Assembly: GCA_973895155.1 (NCBI GenBank)
Contig: OZ316899.1
Coordinates: 186,001 to 250,000 of the forward strand
DNA length: 64,000 bases
Direction: 5' to 3'
Source of the DNA: Marsupella aquatica
Taxonomy: Eukaryota > Plantae > Marchantiophyta
In this document: piece after piece, positions 46,343-59,199 of the stretch
How positions within the stretch are numbered: the stretch's first letter is position 1
Layout of the letters: each line of letters opens with the position of its first letter
Notes under the pieces: generated by a model
Told to the model about the DNA's origin: nothing
The model's input: the letters and a program-made list of their open reading frames with translations, nothing else
The model's database searches: none
Translations under genes and position numbers: made by a program

Positions 46343-49216
46343 CTCATGGGTTTAGGGTTTAGGGTACCTGTATATAAAGCAAGTTGTTCAATCAGGAGTT
46401 GGTATTAGCTTCAATTCCAAGACACTGAACATTGAGTAATGCCACACAGATCAGCACAACGTGAAGGGTCAGTTTCATGATTACTATTCATTCACATCTT
46501 TTGCAATGTGTTGTCTTGTAGACAGGCATGGGCGAGCCACTCAAACTGTGGATCGCATAATTTTAGGGATGCGTGGAGGTATAAAGTGATGGAATTTCCG
46601 AGGCTGTTGGGCACACAAGCGAGTGTGGATCGTGGAAACGGGGCGAAGCCAGCTACAGACGTTCTACATTCAACTTTAAACCCTAAATCCAACATAGCCC
46701 GGGGGGCGGGTGTTACCAGACAAGCTTGCAACGTCTCTCTAGTGGGTTTCCAATGTTCAGGAGCTGGTGGCCTTCCATCCATGTTTTGGCTGGCCCTGAG
46801 GCTGCCTTTCAACAGTTCATGGACAAGGTCATCATGCGGGTCCCTAAGACCCGCCGTCATGTCAGTGGCATGAAGCCACTGGCCTCGACATGATGCCTCG
46901 TCATAGATACGCGTTTCCCCAAGCTGGTGCCACAATGTGTGGTTCACAGGCTGGCCCTGCCTTTTTATGATAGTTCAGGGTCGATTGCAGAATCAAATGT
47001 TTTTCAGCCCGAGAACGTGTGCTCTACAAAGCGACCATAAGTTATATTGACCATAGGGTTCCGGATGATTCCGAAAACTTACGTTTTGAAGGCCACGACT
47101 GTTAAAGTACAGAAGGATGATACTCCATGTTTTTGTGATGACGGCACTTCCCCTGTGATAACCCCGAACTTCCCCTGTTTTGTTGAAGATCATATTTTTT
47201 AAGGGTCACGCATCTCCCCAAATTGGGTTCTGAATTTTGGAATTCTGAATTGATACATGAGTATCTGGTGTACACCATGCCTTTGTTTAAGGAGGATGAT
47301 ACTACTCCTTCATTTGTTATGACAAGACAGAGCAAATTGAATTTGCAATGGCCCAAAGCATGATGCACCCTCAACCCTGAATATGAACAATTTCCACGGA
47401 TGCCTCCTGTGGATACGTACACGCGGCAGCGGCAGTACCAGGCAATGCTAGGAGCACTTAAATATAGATTTGGTAAAATCCGGTCCCCTCCCCCCTTAGA
47501 TATTCCACGGAACATCGAGGTGCACTCAAGCGGGTATGTTGGACCTTTCATTTCAGGGTCCTCCATCCAAACAAATGCACATCCATTCACTTGGTTGTCA
47601 TACTTACTCCGACCGATGATGCATACGGCCAATGTTTGCTAGACCGCAAATCTGCTTCAGGTTACTTATTCAAATTAGGCGGAGGAGCCTGTATCTACAT
47701 CTGACACACTTTTAGTTTGGCTGTATGGCCACAAGAAACCCAGCCCGGGGCTAACAAGTCACTTCAAAACCGGAGCATCATATAGCACATACACATCCAT
47801 TTAATTTCACTTTAACAGGGAGCAATGTCTATTTACGATTTCTTGTCCACTACCAATATGCAACGTTTTATTCAGCTTATGGATGTACATGCTATTTAAT
47901 ATACTATTGGCTACATATATAGGATTCAGCGGAGGGCATGGTATGAGTAGAAAACGGCGGGACCGTAAGACATGAGGATCAAAAGGGGAACACAACCTAT
48001 GATCAACGGCTGACGTGATAGTCGCCAAATAGGCAAAGACAGGGAGGAGCCTCAATGTAACGGCGTCACACTTCCCCAAACTACTGTACATTCGACCCAA
48101 AAGGTTCCAATACCCCCTGTGGACTAAAAGTGAGAACGGAAGTGAACACCTTTGACAGACCACTGGATGGTTCCCCGCCGGGGCTTCTTCACTGGCCGGT
48201 CTTACGGAGTGCGGTGCTCCCTCTACAGTGGTTGAACATCTCGTTTACCTGTCTGCCATGGTGCCGGCTTCACCGGTTTTTTAGCATGTCGATCATCCTC
48301 CGGTTGTTGCCCCCCTTTCGTGGGCCACCCTATTGTACTGGGTCACTTCAAATGGAATTAAATTTGATGTGTCAAGGCAAAAACTTTGACAGACCTCGGG
48401 ATGACTTTGACGGACCACGCGACGATCGTGTGAAAGAACGTGCAGGGAGCTGCCATGATGATTAGTCATGTGCTGGTGTTGGTTGCAAGTGGATGCGTGT
48501 TGAAGTGTCGGCACAGCTATCTCGCTTGTTGGACGTTGGCTGCAGAATCAGGCCGGCGAAAGTCCGGCTGGAGGATTTGAACACCAACATACTTCCCCGC
48601 TATGAAACCTTCATCGATCTCATTTGATTTTCACCGGCTTTGATTTTTCACCTGGCATTGAGCATGTCCAATCTTCGCAGGGCCACTATCGGTGTTGACA
48701 CACAGCATAAGAAAGATCTACAAAGCTTTGATCAGCGGCAGCAACGCTGCGAGTTCAGCCAGTCGATTTCATTGTAAGCGTGGCATGACGATGTGCAGCC
48801 CCCCTTAATTTTGTCGTTAGCAACAAAGGCATCATTGAGCGACCAAAAGCCTACGAATGGGGATGGCTTACCCACCATCCTAACCGGATCTTTAGGAGTT
48901 AATAAGTGTATGTTTGGCCGTGGGAATCATTATGACCAAAGGACATGGGGATGCGACACAGTTTCACGCTGAGAGCAGGTCGTCCGAACATGGAAGCTCA
49001 CGCCACTTTGAAACTGGCAGAACGACGAAGAAAGCATAAGGAGAAAGTTTCTCGGGCCTGGGAGCTCATCGCGCAACTTTAGAGTTTCCAAACTCCCTCA
49101 CTCCAAACAGCTCTCCAAAATCACGGCCTGATCCGAATGGATCGTTGCCTATCAATATATCGGGATGGCTAGCGGCGTGTGCTCCAAGGTTTCTAAGGTG
49201 ACGATATCACCTGAGT

Positions 49217-49531
49217 CGTTACGATGGAAAGACCTACAACATCTCCAAAGCACGGTTGTGCGATATGTTTGGATTACCAGTTGTAGGGAGGCTGTCACTT
49301 GCGTATAAGGTAGAAGCACTGGATAAAGGAGAAACCGCCGCATTTATACAATGGGCGGAGGTTCGGATAAATTGGAGCAAGATTCAATATGGCTCTATAA
49401 ACAGCAAGGAGCGCCGGAACTATGTCGAGTTCTTCACCAAATGGGTGTTGATTTTTCATCACACTAGCCCCACACAACTCGCATTGCCCAAGGCAGTGCC
49501 GGAGGGAGTCTACCAACACGTCCAGGTATAG
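49217..49531 (+). pseudogene. fragment homologous to the 716-aa ORF at 19892-22042
   Basis: RYDGKTYNISKARLCDMFGL...YKVEAL...KIQYG...RNYVEFFTKWV versus TYRAQAYRIPNKELATLFGI...YPIEAL...KVQYG...RKYVEFFTKWV. Confidence 0.75.
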
Positions 49532-52500
49532 AAGGCTTGCCTATACGAGACCATCCATGCAAAGGGATGCCCGAGGTTCCCTTCTTTAGTGGCATACGAA
49601 GTAAGTGTAATCCAGGTTGCAGTGTTGGATTCCCTTCGTACATTACACGTATATATATATATATATGTTCCTGGATTGAAATCAATCAGGGCATGGACTA
49701 TGGCAGGCTGGACTACATATATTACACATACATGTTCCTCGATTGAAAGTTGCTAATTTGAATTTTGCACGAGGACGGTCCACACTCTAAACTATTAATT
49801 ACTGACAAACGGTTGTCCAACAACGACAAATCCGTCTGGAGCATCCATCACATGTCATTACACCACATACTGCTCTTCATCTTGCATGAGCTTCCAGTTT
49901 CCATCATGTTCGGGTAATTTGGTGCCCCAAGCCCTTTGGTGGCCTACGCTGTGAATGGTACATTTTATTATTGGTTTGCTTTAGGGTTCAATCCCGGGTT
50001 CAATCAGGATTTAGGGTCCTGTACTCTAAAACCCTAAATGATATTAATCCGTCCTGTGAAATTATTGCTCCGACTTACCAAAAACTTACAGTCGCAATGG
50101 CAATGTCTAATAGTTGCATATCATTGGTGTGATACAGAGCAATTGAGGGGAATCTGCTTGTCTGGCTGCTATTATTGGCTCCCTATATATGGTTCAAGTA
50201 CCTACGGGAATTGACCAATCTATGAGTTTTATTATGACGCACACGTTACCTGCGTTCCATGTGTACTCCAAGATTCTACGTACTACCTCTTGGTGATGTT
50301 AAACCGTAAACTTGTTGATGTCCCTCGCGCGCCTGAATGAGTTAACTCCCTTAGCTTCATCTTCAATGAATGTACATCCAAGACATTCAGAGTCTCCTTT
50401 AATCCTTCAATTCTATTAGGGATGGAGGGGGGAAGGAACTTAAAGGTGGAGCACAGGGAGCAACCAACCGAAGGTTGCCTGGACACTTTGTCCGAACAAG
50501 ATTTCTCCCTTCATGCATGAATGTCGTATTTGGCTATGAGGACGCGATTCTACTACTCTATGATACTTTAACTCGCCTTTTTCGAGGGCACACCTTCTGC
50601 GCCCAGGTTACGCTATAAGCATTTTTATGACAAAATGCAGACAGTCAGTGAGCTCCCAAATCTCACACACACAACCCAGTCATTAGGCTCTCCGGAAACG
50701 CAAAGGTTTACCAACAATATATCGGTGGAAAATATAAAATACCGGAATCTCGGGACGAACAGCTTCCCAATCTGTGTATGCATAGTCGTTGGGACAGAAC
50801 TTGGAACACATTAATGAAATCACGGGGAGGTGACCGTACGTACGGTCCACATACAGCAAGGCTAGCGAGCTGGGCCAAAATCACTTCCCAGCACTCTAAA
50901 ATTCTGTACACTAGCTTCTAACCATCTAACTACATTGTCGGCACGTCGAAGTCACGACCTCAAAAAAAAGCTCTCGATCAAGCCACACGTAATTTTCTGC
51001 GTCCTCCGGATTGAAGGGGAACTCGTCGGTTTGCGTGAGCTCTCCGATCCTTGGCAGGCTACAGCCAGTGGCAGGATCAATCCCTTTTCAATTTGTCATA
51101 ATACTCCCAAGCTTCATGTCTAATTAGCATGGGGGAGGACTGGTAGATGTACAAAACTCATCCACCCACTGCTGGATACTGCGATATATGTGGGTGGTGT
51201 AAAAATGAAAGGACTGAAGACCATGTACATGTCGTGCTGCAATGTCGTTAGTTGCGTTCCACTCTGCTGCTTAAATAATTAAAAAGAGGTTGATCATTTG
51301 GGGCAGCGTACGTACTTCCCACGGACTTTTCATTTTCCCCAATTCAACTTTCCAACACAAGGGGTACCACTAGACCGGATTATTTTCCTATGGAGTCCGG
51401 GGCTATTATATTGAACTTCTGAATGATTGTGCCTCCTCGGAACGTCGATCCGGGTACCGATGATCTCCATGTACTAGAACTGTCAGGTATAATTGAGGGT
51501 TGGCAGGGTGTTCTATCTCTAATTCCAATTAATAATACACGGAAATTGCGTGAGTCCGGTACTTGCCTTTGGGTACTCGATATTTTGGATTGTAAGGGGT
51601 ATTACATACATAATCCGGTCAAGGTTTCCTGGTCGAATGGCGCGTTTATTGTTAATTCTTGCACCCGACGGAATGATGTGCAGGGTCTCCAGCCCCATTG
51701 CCTCATCCGCTTCAATTGATCATCGTCAGAACGCCCACCCGCTGGACTGATCGAAGAAGCCCTTTCGGGAATAGAATGCTCACCAGTTGGACTTTCTTCG
51801 CTTACGTTGATCGGGTCTTCCAGCGCTTGTGCTAGTATATTGGCTGCAGTGGCAGCCTCCGCCCTTAGTTAACACCTGTACTTGGAATATCCCAAGCTTT
51901 GTACCGAACATATTAATTTAATGTTATTGCTGGACCAGTTCGTTCCCAGCTATGTACTTCCCTCAATCACTTCTCCATTTCTTTATCTCTCCTCTATGCA
52001 CTCTCCGCGAGCGCGGCAATTAAGTGTAAGCACTCTTCTCCTCCAGCTGCTGCCGGAGTCCTTTGCACTGAACTTCATCCCGATGGAACTTTTGTTCGTA
52101 CACCAACATCTCCATCCTTGCCGTGCTCTCCATGGAACCTTTGTTCCTATACTCCCATGGCGGCTGCAAACGCCCCCTTTCTCCGTCGCAGCTAGCAGAA
52201 TGGCGATCATCTCTCGCCGGTGTTGGACTGGTAAGTGACCTTATTGGCATAGTCGACGCTACAAACGCTTTAATCATTCTTTTGTCGGTGGATGGCGTGG
52301 GTGATTATAAACGCCGGCATGGCAAAGTCGCTCTGCTTGGTTGCATTGCCTGGCCGAGTGGATAAGTTGCTTCTCACCACAAGTGCACCGGTGGCATTTT
52401 GGTGCACCGTGCTCTTCGGACTGAAAACACCAAACAAACAAAAAACTGCATTTTGCGACTATTTGGATCAGTCCTTAAGTACCGGTCCACACAAAACAAA

Positions 52501-53229
52501 GGCTCTACACGAGAGCCGCATATCCCGGGTCGAAATTGAATTTAGGGACAAAGTCCGCTTAGGTTTAAGGTGTATGGTTGTTGTTTTTCAGTTAGTGGAC
52601 AGTTATGGGCTATTTCTGCCCCTTCAGAGTTGAGGGTGTCTCCACAAAGACTCTAGAGAGCTTGAAAACCGGGGGGTGTGTGGTGTTGAGCAGGGCATGG
52701 GTTCAGTTGGGCCGGAGCCAAAGAACGGATACCAGCAGGGTGAATGGTGCCATGGTATGATGCCATGAGAGTTTGCAATTGAGGCAGCTGCACTATCCGG
52801 GCTCCTTATCAGTTGACGTTTTGAGGTTGGGGGCGAATGGACTTCCTTCTTTATTACTCTCCAACACCATGTCACCTTGGATGTTTGAGAGGGGGTGGTC
52901 CCCTCATATATACTACATAGGGGTCGTGTGGGGCAGCTCACGGTCGTCAGCACAGCCGCACAGGGCCTCCGGGCGGGGTGACCTCTCCCACCCTAATAAT
53001 AATATTTTATTATTAAAAGCCGCTCCCTCCCTCCTCATATATGTGTGGCGCCGTGGCGGGGAGGCGGGCTTGTTGCTCCCTCCCTTGTTGGTGGGAGGGA
53101 GCAACATTATTATTATTACTAGAACTAGAATCAAGCTCAATACCCGTGCGTTGCACAAAAGAAGTTTAGGGTTTGTGGTATGCATCCCTATTCATGGTAT
53201 GCATCAGAGTTCATCCCTTTATGTTTTGC

Positions 53230-53900
53230 ATGGCCGTGGCAGGGAGCCACAACAAAGAAGGGAAAGGTTTAGGGAAAACCCCTTAACCCGTAAACACAAA
53301 ACCCTAACTGCCAGGAGGGAAGGCTGAGTGGTGCCCTGGATTGATACCATCAGGGCCCGTGATGAGATTGCTGCACTATGCGGGGTTCTGATCATGAGTT
53401 GACATTTCGAGAATGACTGGATTGGAGTTATCCCTTTGTGTGTGCAAGGCCGGGGCAGGGAGCCATGACGAAGAAGGTAAGGGTTTAGGGAAAACCCCTA
53501 AACACGTAACCACAGAACCTTAACCGCCGGGAAGCCTGAGGGGTGCCCTGGTTTTCTGCCATGAATGGAGTTTGAGGTAATTCCAGGTTCGGGCAACCCA
53601 AATAAACCTTAAACTCCGGGCGGGTGTGTGCTGGCCAGCTGCACAGGGAGAGGCTCTACGCGATAGTCGTGCAGCGGGGAGTGGAAGAAGGCAAGGGTTT
53701 AAGGAAAACCCCTAAACACGTAAACACAAAACCCTAACAGCCGGGAGGGAAGGCTGAGGGGTGCCCTGGTTTTCTGCCATGAATGGAGTTTGAGGTAATT
53801 CCAGGTTCGGGCAACCCTAATAAACCCTAAACTTTGGGCGGGTGTGTGCTGGCCAGCCACACAGGGAGAGGCTCTACGCAATAGTCGTGCAGCGGGGAGG
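53230..53900. repeat. ~215-bp tandem repeat (about 3 units) containing head-to-head telomere motifs
   Basis: Units around 53265, 53480 and 53695 each contain ggttta(g/a)ggaaaacccct(t/a)aac. The last two units are nearly identical. Confidence 0.85.
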
Positions 53901-54149
53901 TGCTACGGTAGTATAGTTTTGTGGAGGGCGTTCGTGTTCTCTAAGGCGAGTGCTGTGCCCATGGAGTGAATGTGGGTTGAGGGTCTAGGGTCACACGTCC
54001 TGGTTGCTGTAAAGCCAGAAATCGGGTGTCGCAAAATTAGATGGCGGGGAAATGATTGAGTGTTACGGAATTGGCCAGAAAGAGGTGAATCCCGTGAGTG
54101 AAGTTCCAGGAGAGGCAGAGGTGAGGCAGTCCACAGTGGCCGTAGCGTA

Positions 54150-54930
54150 TGGAGAGGCTCTACGCGATAGATGGCAGGGTAGGCAGAGTTGGTGTGAGGG
54201 GAGTACAGGAAGACGGCCGCAGTGCTATCCGGGCTCCCGAAGCCGTGACGTTTGAAGAATGGTGCAGGGATTGATTTACTTTGTATTTTCATGGCACGAC
54301 TGTCTTTTTCGGGCATTCAAGGCAAGAAGAACACGAAACTAGGGTAAACCCTAAACCGTAAACGGTAAACCTTGAACCGGAAACGGTAAACCCCGAAACC
54401 CTAAACTAAACCCAAAATGATGGGGAGGGTGGGTGGGCAGAGTTGATGCGAGGGGAGTATGGGAAGAAGGCCTTAGTGCTATCCGGGCTCCCGAAGTAGT
54501 GACGTTTGAAGAATGGTGCAGGGATTGATTTACTTTGTATTTTCATGGCACGACAGTCTTTTTCGGGCGTTCGGGGCAAGAAGAACACGGAACTACGGTA
54601 AACCCTAAACCGTAAACGGTAAACCCCAAACCGTAAACGTGAGTTGGCATTTGGAGGATGATAGGATTGTAGTTGATCCCTTGGTGTATAGGGGGCCGTG
54701 GGAGGGAGCCACGAGGAACAACACAAGGGTAAGGGAGCCCTAAAATAAACCCTAAATGACGGGGAGGGAGGGTGGGCAGAGTTGATGCGAGGGGAGTATG
54801 GGAAGAAGGCTGCAGTGCTATCCGGGCTCCTGAAGCAGTGACGTTTGAAGAATGGCGCGGGGATCGACTTGCTTTGTAATGTTGCTTCCTTTGTATTTTC
54901 ATGGAGGGACGGTCTTTTTCGGGCACTTGT
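54150..54930. repeat. second repeat family (~250-340-bp spacing, 3 units) with degenerate CCCTAAA-like tracts
   Basis: gtgctatccgggctcc...gtgacgtttgaagaatgg at 54222, 54476 and 54815; aaaccctaaaccgtaaacggtaaacc tracts. Confidence 0.85.
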
Positions 54931-55615
54931 GGGAAAAAGACCACGAAAAAGACCGCAAAGACCACGCATTGCGATCGCTGGGCTGCACGAAAATGTATAT
55001 ACTACAACAGTTGTACGTCACACTTTCCAACATGGTGCCTTCTAACATCACGGGAGGATATACATTTGGATCCATGCATTCTAAAAATTGGATATCAAAA
55101 TGTGATAGTCCGGATGACAAAGCTTAGTTCTTTGGGGTACATTGCATTGGTGGTGATCAGGTGAACTTTGTTCATGATTTATGTCATCATTTGGGCTAAT
55201 TGTTTCGTTGAGTGCTAAAGCCTAAACACCTGAACTCCCAAGACAAAACTCCCGAACCCATTGTGCAAGCCATAAACCCAAGGATAAGCATTCAACCGGC
55301 CCATAACCTGTGATTGTGTGCCGTTACAAAGAGATGGAATGAAATGATCGCTCACTGCTTTCATTCAGTGTAGGCTGTGTGAATCACATCGAGTCCGTCC
55401 GGAAAGTAAAAAATGCGCCAGGAAAAACCCCGGTGGATACACGCCCAAAGCCAGCCACTCACACGACAAAAGTGTAGAGCAAACCGGACAGAAACATGAA
55501 AATGACAACATGTGCTTCTATGAGACGATTGAACCAAGTACAGTGCTAAGCCTCATGACTGGCGTCTTGGAGATACCTACTCCAACGTCTAAAGTTTGCC
55601 TATCCTAAACCTACC

Positions 55616-56056
55616 CTAAACCCTAAACTGTAAACCCATAATCTTGCGTTCGATCATCGGATGACTTGCTGTCGGACTTGAACAGATTCCTCTCAGCGGT
55701 CCGGATCCCATAATTTCCTTCAGCCTAGCAATAAACCGGGATGATAGACGGACAGCCACCAAACTCGACGCCATCGGACGATGGCTAGGAAATGCTACTG
55801 CCTTCTGCTTCCGGCTCTTCCCCCATGTTGCCGTCATAGGCTCGGAGGTTACAAACTCCACCTCAGCAGGTTGGGCCATCGATGGTCCCACCGATGTGGG
55901 TACGGCCATCTCTTGTAGGTCGAGGATGGTAGTGGTGGGTGTAGCCATCGCTGGGCGGGATGGGAAATTGGTCCCATATGAAGTCGTCGGGTCCCCCGGG
56001 GGCTTCGAGTCGTCCGTGTCCGAGCTCACCTCAATTGTGTTCACCTCCGTAACCAC
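55616..56056 (-). CDS. possible exon or short S/T/P-rich ORF of unknown gene, flanked by CCCTAAA tracts
   Basis: 146-codon GC-rich open frame (IEVSSDTDDSKPP...KSRKQKAV) with no recognisable domain. Telomere motifs at ~55605-55627 and ~56100-56117. Confidence 0.3.
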   Translation of the reverse strand: MVTEVNTIEVSSDTDDSKPPGDPTTSYGTNFPSRPAMATPTTTILDLQEMAVPTSVGPSMAQPAEVEFVTSEPMTATWGKSRKQKAVAFPSHRPMASSLVAVRLSSRFIARLKEIMGSGPLRGICSSPTASHPMIERKIMGLQFRV

Positions 56057-58686
56057 ACGGCACTGATGTGCGGATGCAACATAAGTGCACTGTGCTCATA
56101 AACCCTAAACCCTAAACACTCAACCCTCAACGAACCGGTACATTAAGAGGTTGAGTCCAACCCCAATCCGGTCTTCTATTCCTTTGCTGGAAACAGTCAA
56201 TCCTGTCAATATTACTGTGAGTTTCAAAGCTGGATCAAACATTTTGTAGTTGAGGCGACTGAGAAATGCCCTTGACTGAGACATACCTCTAGAAGAATCT
56301 TACTAGTGTAATGCCCAATGAAGAAATACCTACACAAGAACACTTGTGCTCATCTACTCTAATTCTCCTATTTACTATCTAGGTAAGTTCCCACAAACCT
56401 CCAAGTACCACTCCTCAAACTGAATTGGCTTGTGGCCTCCATAGGTACCTCCTCCTACCTTCAATTGTTACCCCCAGTAGCTCCTTCCCGGTATCTAGTA
56501 ACTCTCTAATTCTTGACCCTAAATCCTGGGCACTCATCTCAATCCTCAAATCTCTCTCTCTTGGATTCCAACAGCACTCCGATCTCTCCATACTCAACCC
56601 TAGGGTGTCTACTTGACCTGGTATCACTCCTTGGATCCCTGAGCAGCACCCATAAGCCACAAGCAATGCAAACGAAATTTCCCTCAAATCTCAATGCAGG
56701 TTCCAATGGAAATGGGCTGCGAATCATGACGATAATGATGATGCGCGCAGAAATTTGTTTGGATTATTGTACAAAATTGGATTGATCTTCTTCACGCAAA
56801 TGATACCAAGCTATTTAAAAGGTCCAAATGTGATAGCTCCTGTGTTGTACAATACGATGAACTGAAAAACGTTTGGCTTCAATTTAACCTGATTAAAAAA
56901 TAAAAACCGAAAACAACAATTCTATCAGGTTGCTTCATATATAGTCCGGCTGAAGAGAGCCCCAGCTCCTTTTTGATCATTTACTTGGAATCTCCAAAAA
57001 GACTCACGTCATGCTTTCCATGCTGAACAGGAGTCCAACACTGCAACCTGTTCTTCTAAGCTTATTATACTGAAGCCATTTCTCTATCTGCAATAAGCTG
57101 CTGAGTACTGATAGTTGGGCTGGACTGGGGTAGTTGGCAATCGATTCCCTGCCAGTTTTTGCCAGAATCAACATCAACTGGCCAGGCTGCAACAGACGTT
57201 TCTTGCATATGGGACACTAATGGCAATGGAACATGTCCAGCTGTGCTGCTCTACCCCTAAACGAAAACATGGCAAAATGGATTTCAAAGAATTTTACAAC
57301 CCTAAACTCTCTCCACAACACTGAATCACAAATTCGTCAGAAGCAAAACACAAATTACCATCCAGGTCGTCTCCTTGGAAGATGGCCTCTTGGTGAATGA
57401 CATATTTGTCTTTCACAGGATTACAAAATCATAGGGTACTGTCGGGAATCATGAGAGTACTGCTAACTTGAGCCACAATTCCGCCCATCAACACTGCAAT
57501 TAATCCAGCCTAATCCAATTCAGAACTCGTCAACAAAAACTACTACTTCTTCTATGTCTTCTGCACCTGGTGTTGTTGTACCGTGATCCAAAGCAGGATC
57601 TGGGCAGCCACTGAGTCCTCCCAAAGCCTCTCACCATGATCCAATCCACCCTCCACTTTCAACCCGAGCTAGGTAAAAGGATCAACAAAACAATGCCAAT
57701 ACACGATTCAAGGTCAGACCTTTTTGTCACACATGCAAACACCAGAAAACCCAGCTGAACTGGAAAAAATATGAGGAAATGGCACCGGTCAAACTTCTCA
57801 CAGAGCACTGGCTTTGGCCTCCAATGGAGACCACCACATGGGTTACAGCCGCCTGCCCTGCCCTGCCCTGCCCCGCCCCGCTCTTGTTGCTTGGGTCATT
57901 TTCTTGCTACTGCTGTATCCTAAACATGAGCTCCAATAGGCACACTCCGCCAGTTTCCATCCATGCAGCTAAGAGCTAAAAAGAGAGAACGGGCATTCGA
58001 GTAGATCCACATTCAAGCTTGTCGAAGGAGGAGTGCAAGGAACGAAGAGAGGCTCGGATTTGAGATGACAGGGCTCCCAGACAGGCTAAAATATCTGACT
58101 ACAGAGAACCAATTGAATTTATCGAAGCTCCTAGTGAATCAATTGAATTTCCTCCTGTCCACATTGACAAATAACGGAAATAAGTGCCTCATTTCATTGC
58201 AATGTCCCACTAAATTTGACAGCACATTCGCATCAGCAAGAGGTGGAGAGTAGATTGGCAGGGCTGAATCAAGAATGAACCCCAAACTTAAATAGCTAAG
58301 TTCAGTTCGAGCAGTTGAGATCTACCGAAAAGAGATTGTTGTAGTACTACGTGTGTCTCTGGTGGACGCGATTGAAAACATTGTTGTATGAATTGGAAAG
58401 CTCATCACCATGGCCACAGACTCGGTTTCAAGTCGTTAGTATTGATTTTCAAACTCTTTCCCAGCTCACGCATTTTGGAATGCATTTACGCTCAAGCCCG
58501 TTGTGTTTTCAAAACACTCACCCTCGCTCCCAAGTTCAACAAGCCCCCATAGTGACGGTCTCGAGGCTTCACTCATTACTTAAGACTAGCACCAACTACC
58601 CATTCTTTCAATGTCAGTACCTGAGGAGAGTACAATAAAATGTAAACAAAATGTATTCCATATTCCAACTCTTGAAATGTCTCTTT

Positions 58687-58766
58687 TATAAAAGCGCCAA
58701 CTACAACCTACAGTTGGGGTCTAAGAAGCCTAGGCCCCAACTCGTCCTTGTAGTTGGCGCTTTATA
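58687..58766. other. 80-bp foldback (MITE-like or pre-miRNA-like hairpin)
   Basis: Perfect 16-bp arms 58691-58706 / 58748-58763, inner 12-bp stem 58712-58723 / 58731-58742 with one G:U pair, 7-nt loop. Confidence 0.8.
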
Positions 58767-59199
58767 AGTAAGATAGCAAATCGAGTCACGATGGGCGAGA
58801 GAACTAACAACTATTCACATCAAGCATGAAATGCTCGTCCGGTATCCAAGCTAGCTGCCGACGCCGTGCGTTTGGTTGTTGCATGATCATACGTTGACTA
58901 TCGCCTCACTATCAACAAAAAAAACGTTCAACAAAAAAATATGAGAGTCATTGTAATCGGAGAGAGCCAAGTGCTAAGCAATACTGGACTCCAAGCAAAG
59001 CCTCTTGCATACAACTGATCAATTGTGCCGAAGCAGTAGAGTACCGTCCATGAATAGTACTCACGCACTCAGGGCTTTAGGTAGTTCTTTCACCCGGACA
59101 AAGATTCACCGCACCACCATACACCTGCAAAGGATTCCGCGATCGATCAATCTCATGAGCACTCCACTCACAGAACTCCAGATAAAGTAATGCTAAGCT

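Noticed and set aside
46492-52950. Several 60-180 aa ORFs (46492-46947, 47102-47632, 50283-50911, 51423-52633)
   Set aside because: No motif recognised and frequent stops. They may be decayed genes but cannot be supported.
56801-56808. TGATACCA (reverse complement of the tRNA-iMet PBS core); also TGGTATCA near 56620
   Set aside because: Lacks the adjoining GAGC/GCTC and no LTR terminus or gag/pol is adjacent.
57060-57760. Possible small minus-strand exons (57359-57409 and from 57240 downward)
   Set aside because: Two exons join in phase, but the upstream candidate does not, the acceptors are weak and the product has no recognisable domain.
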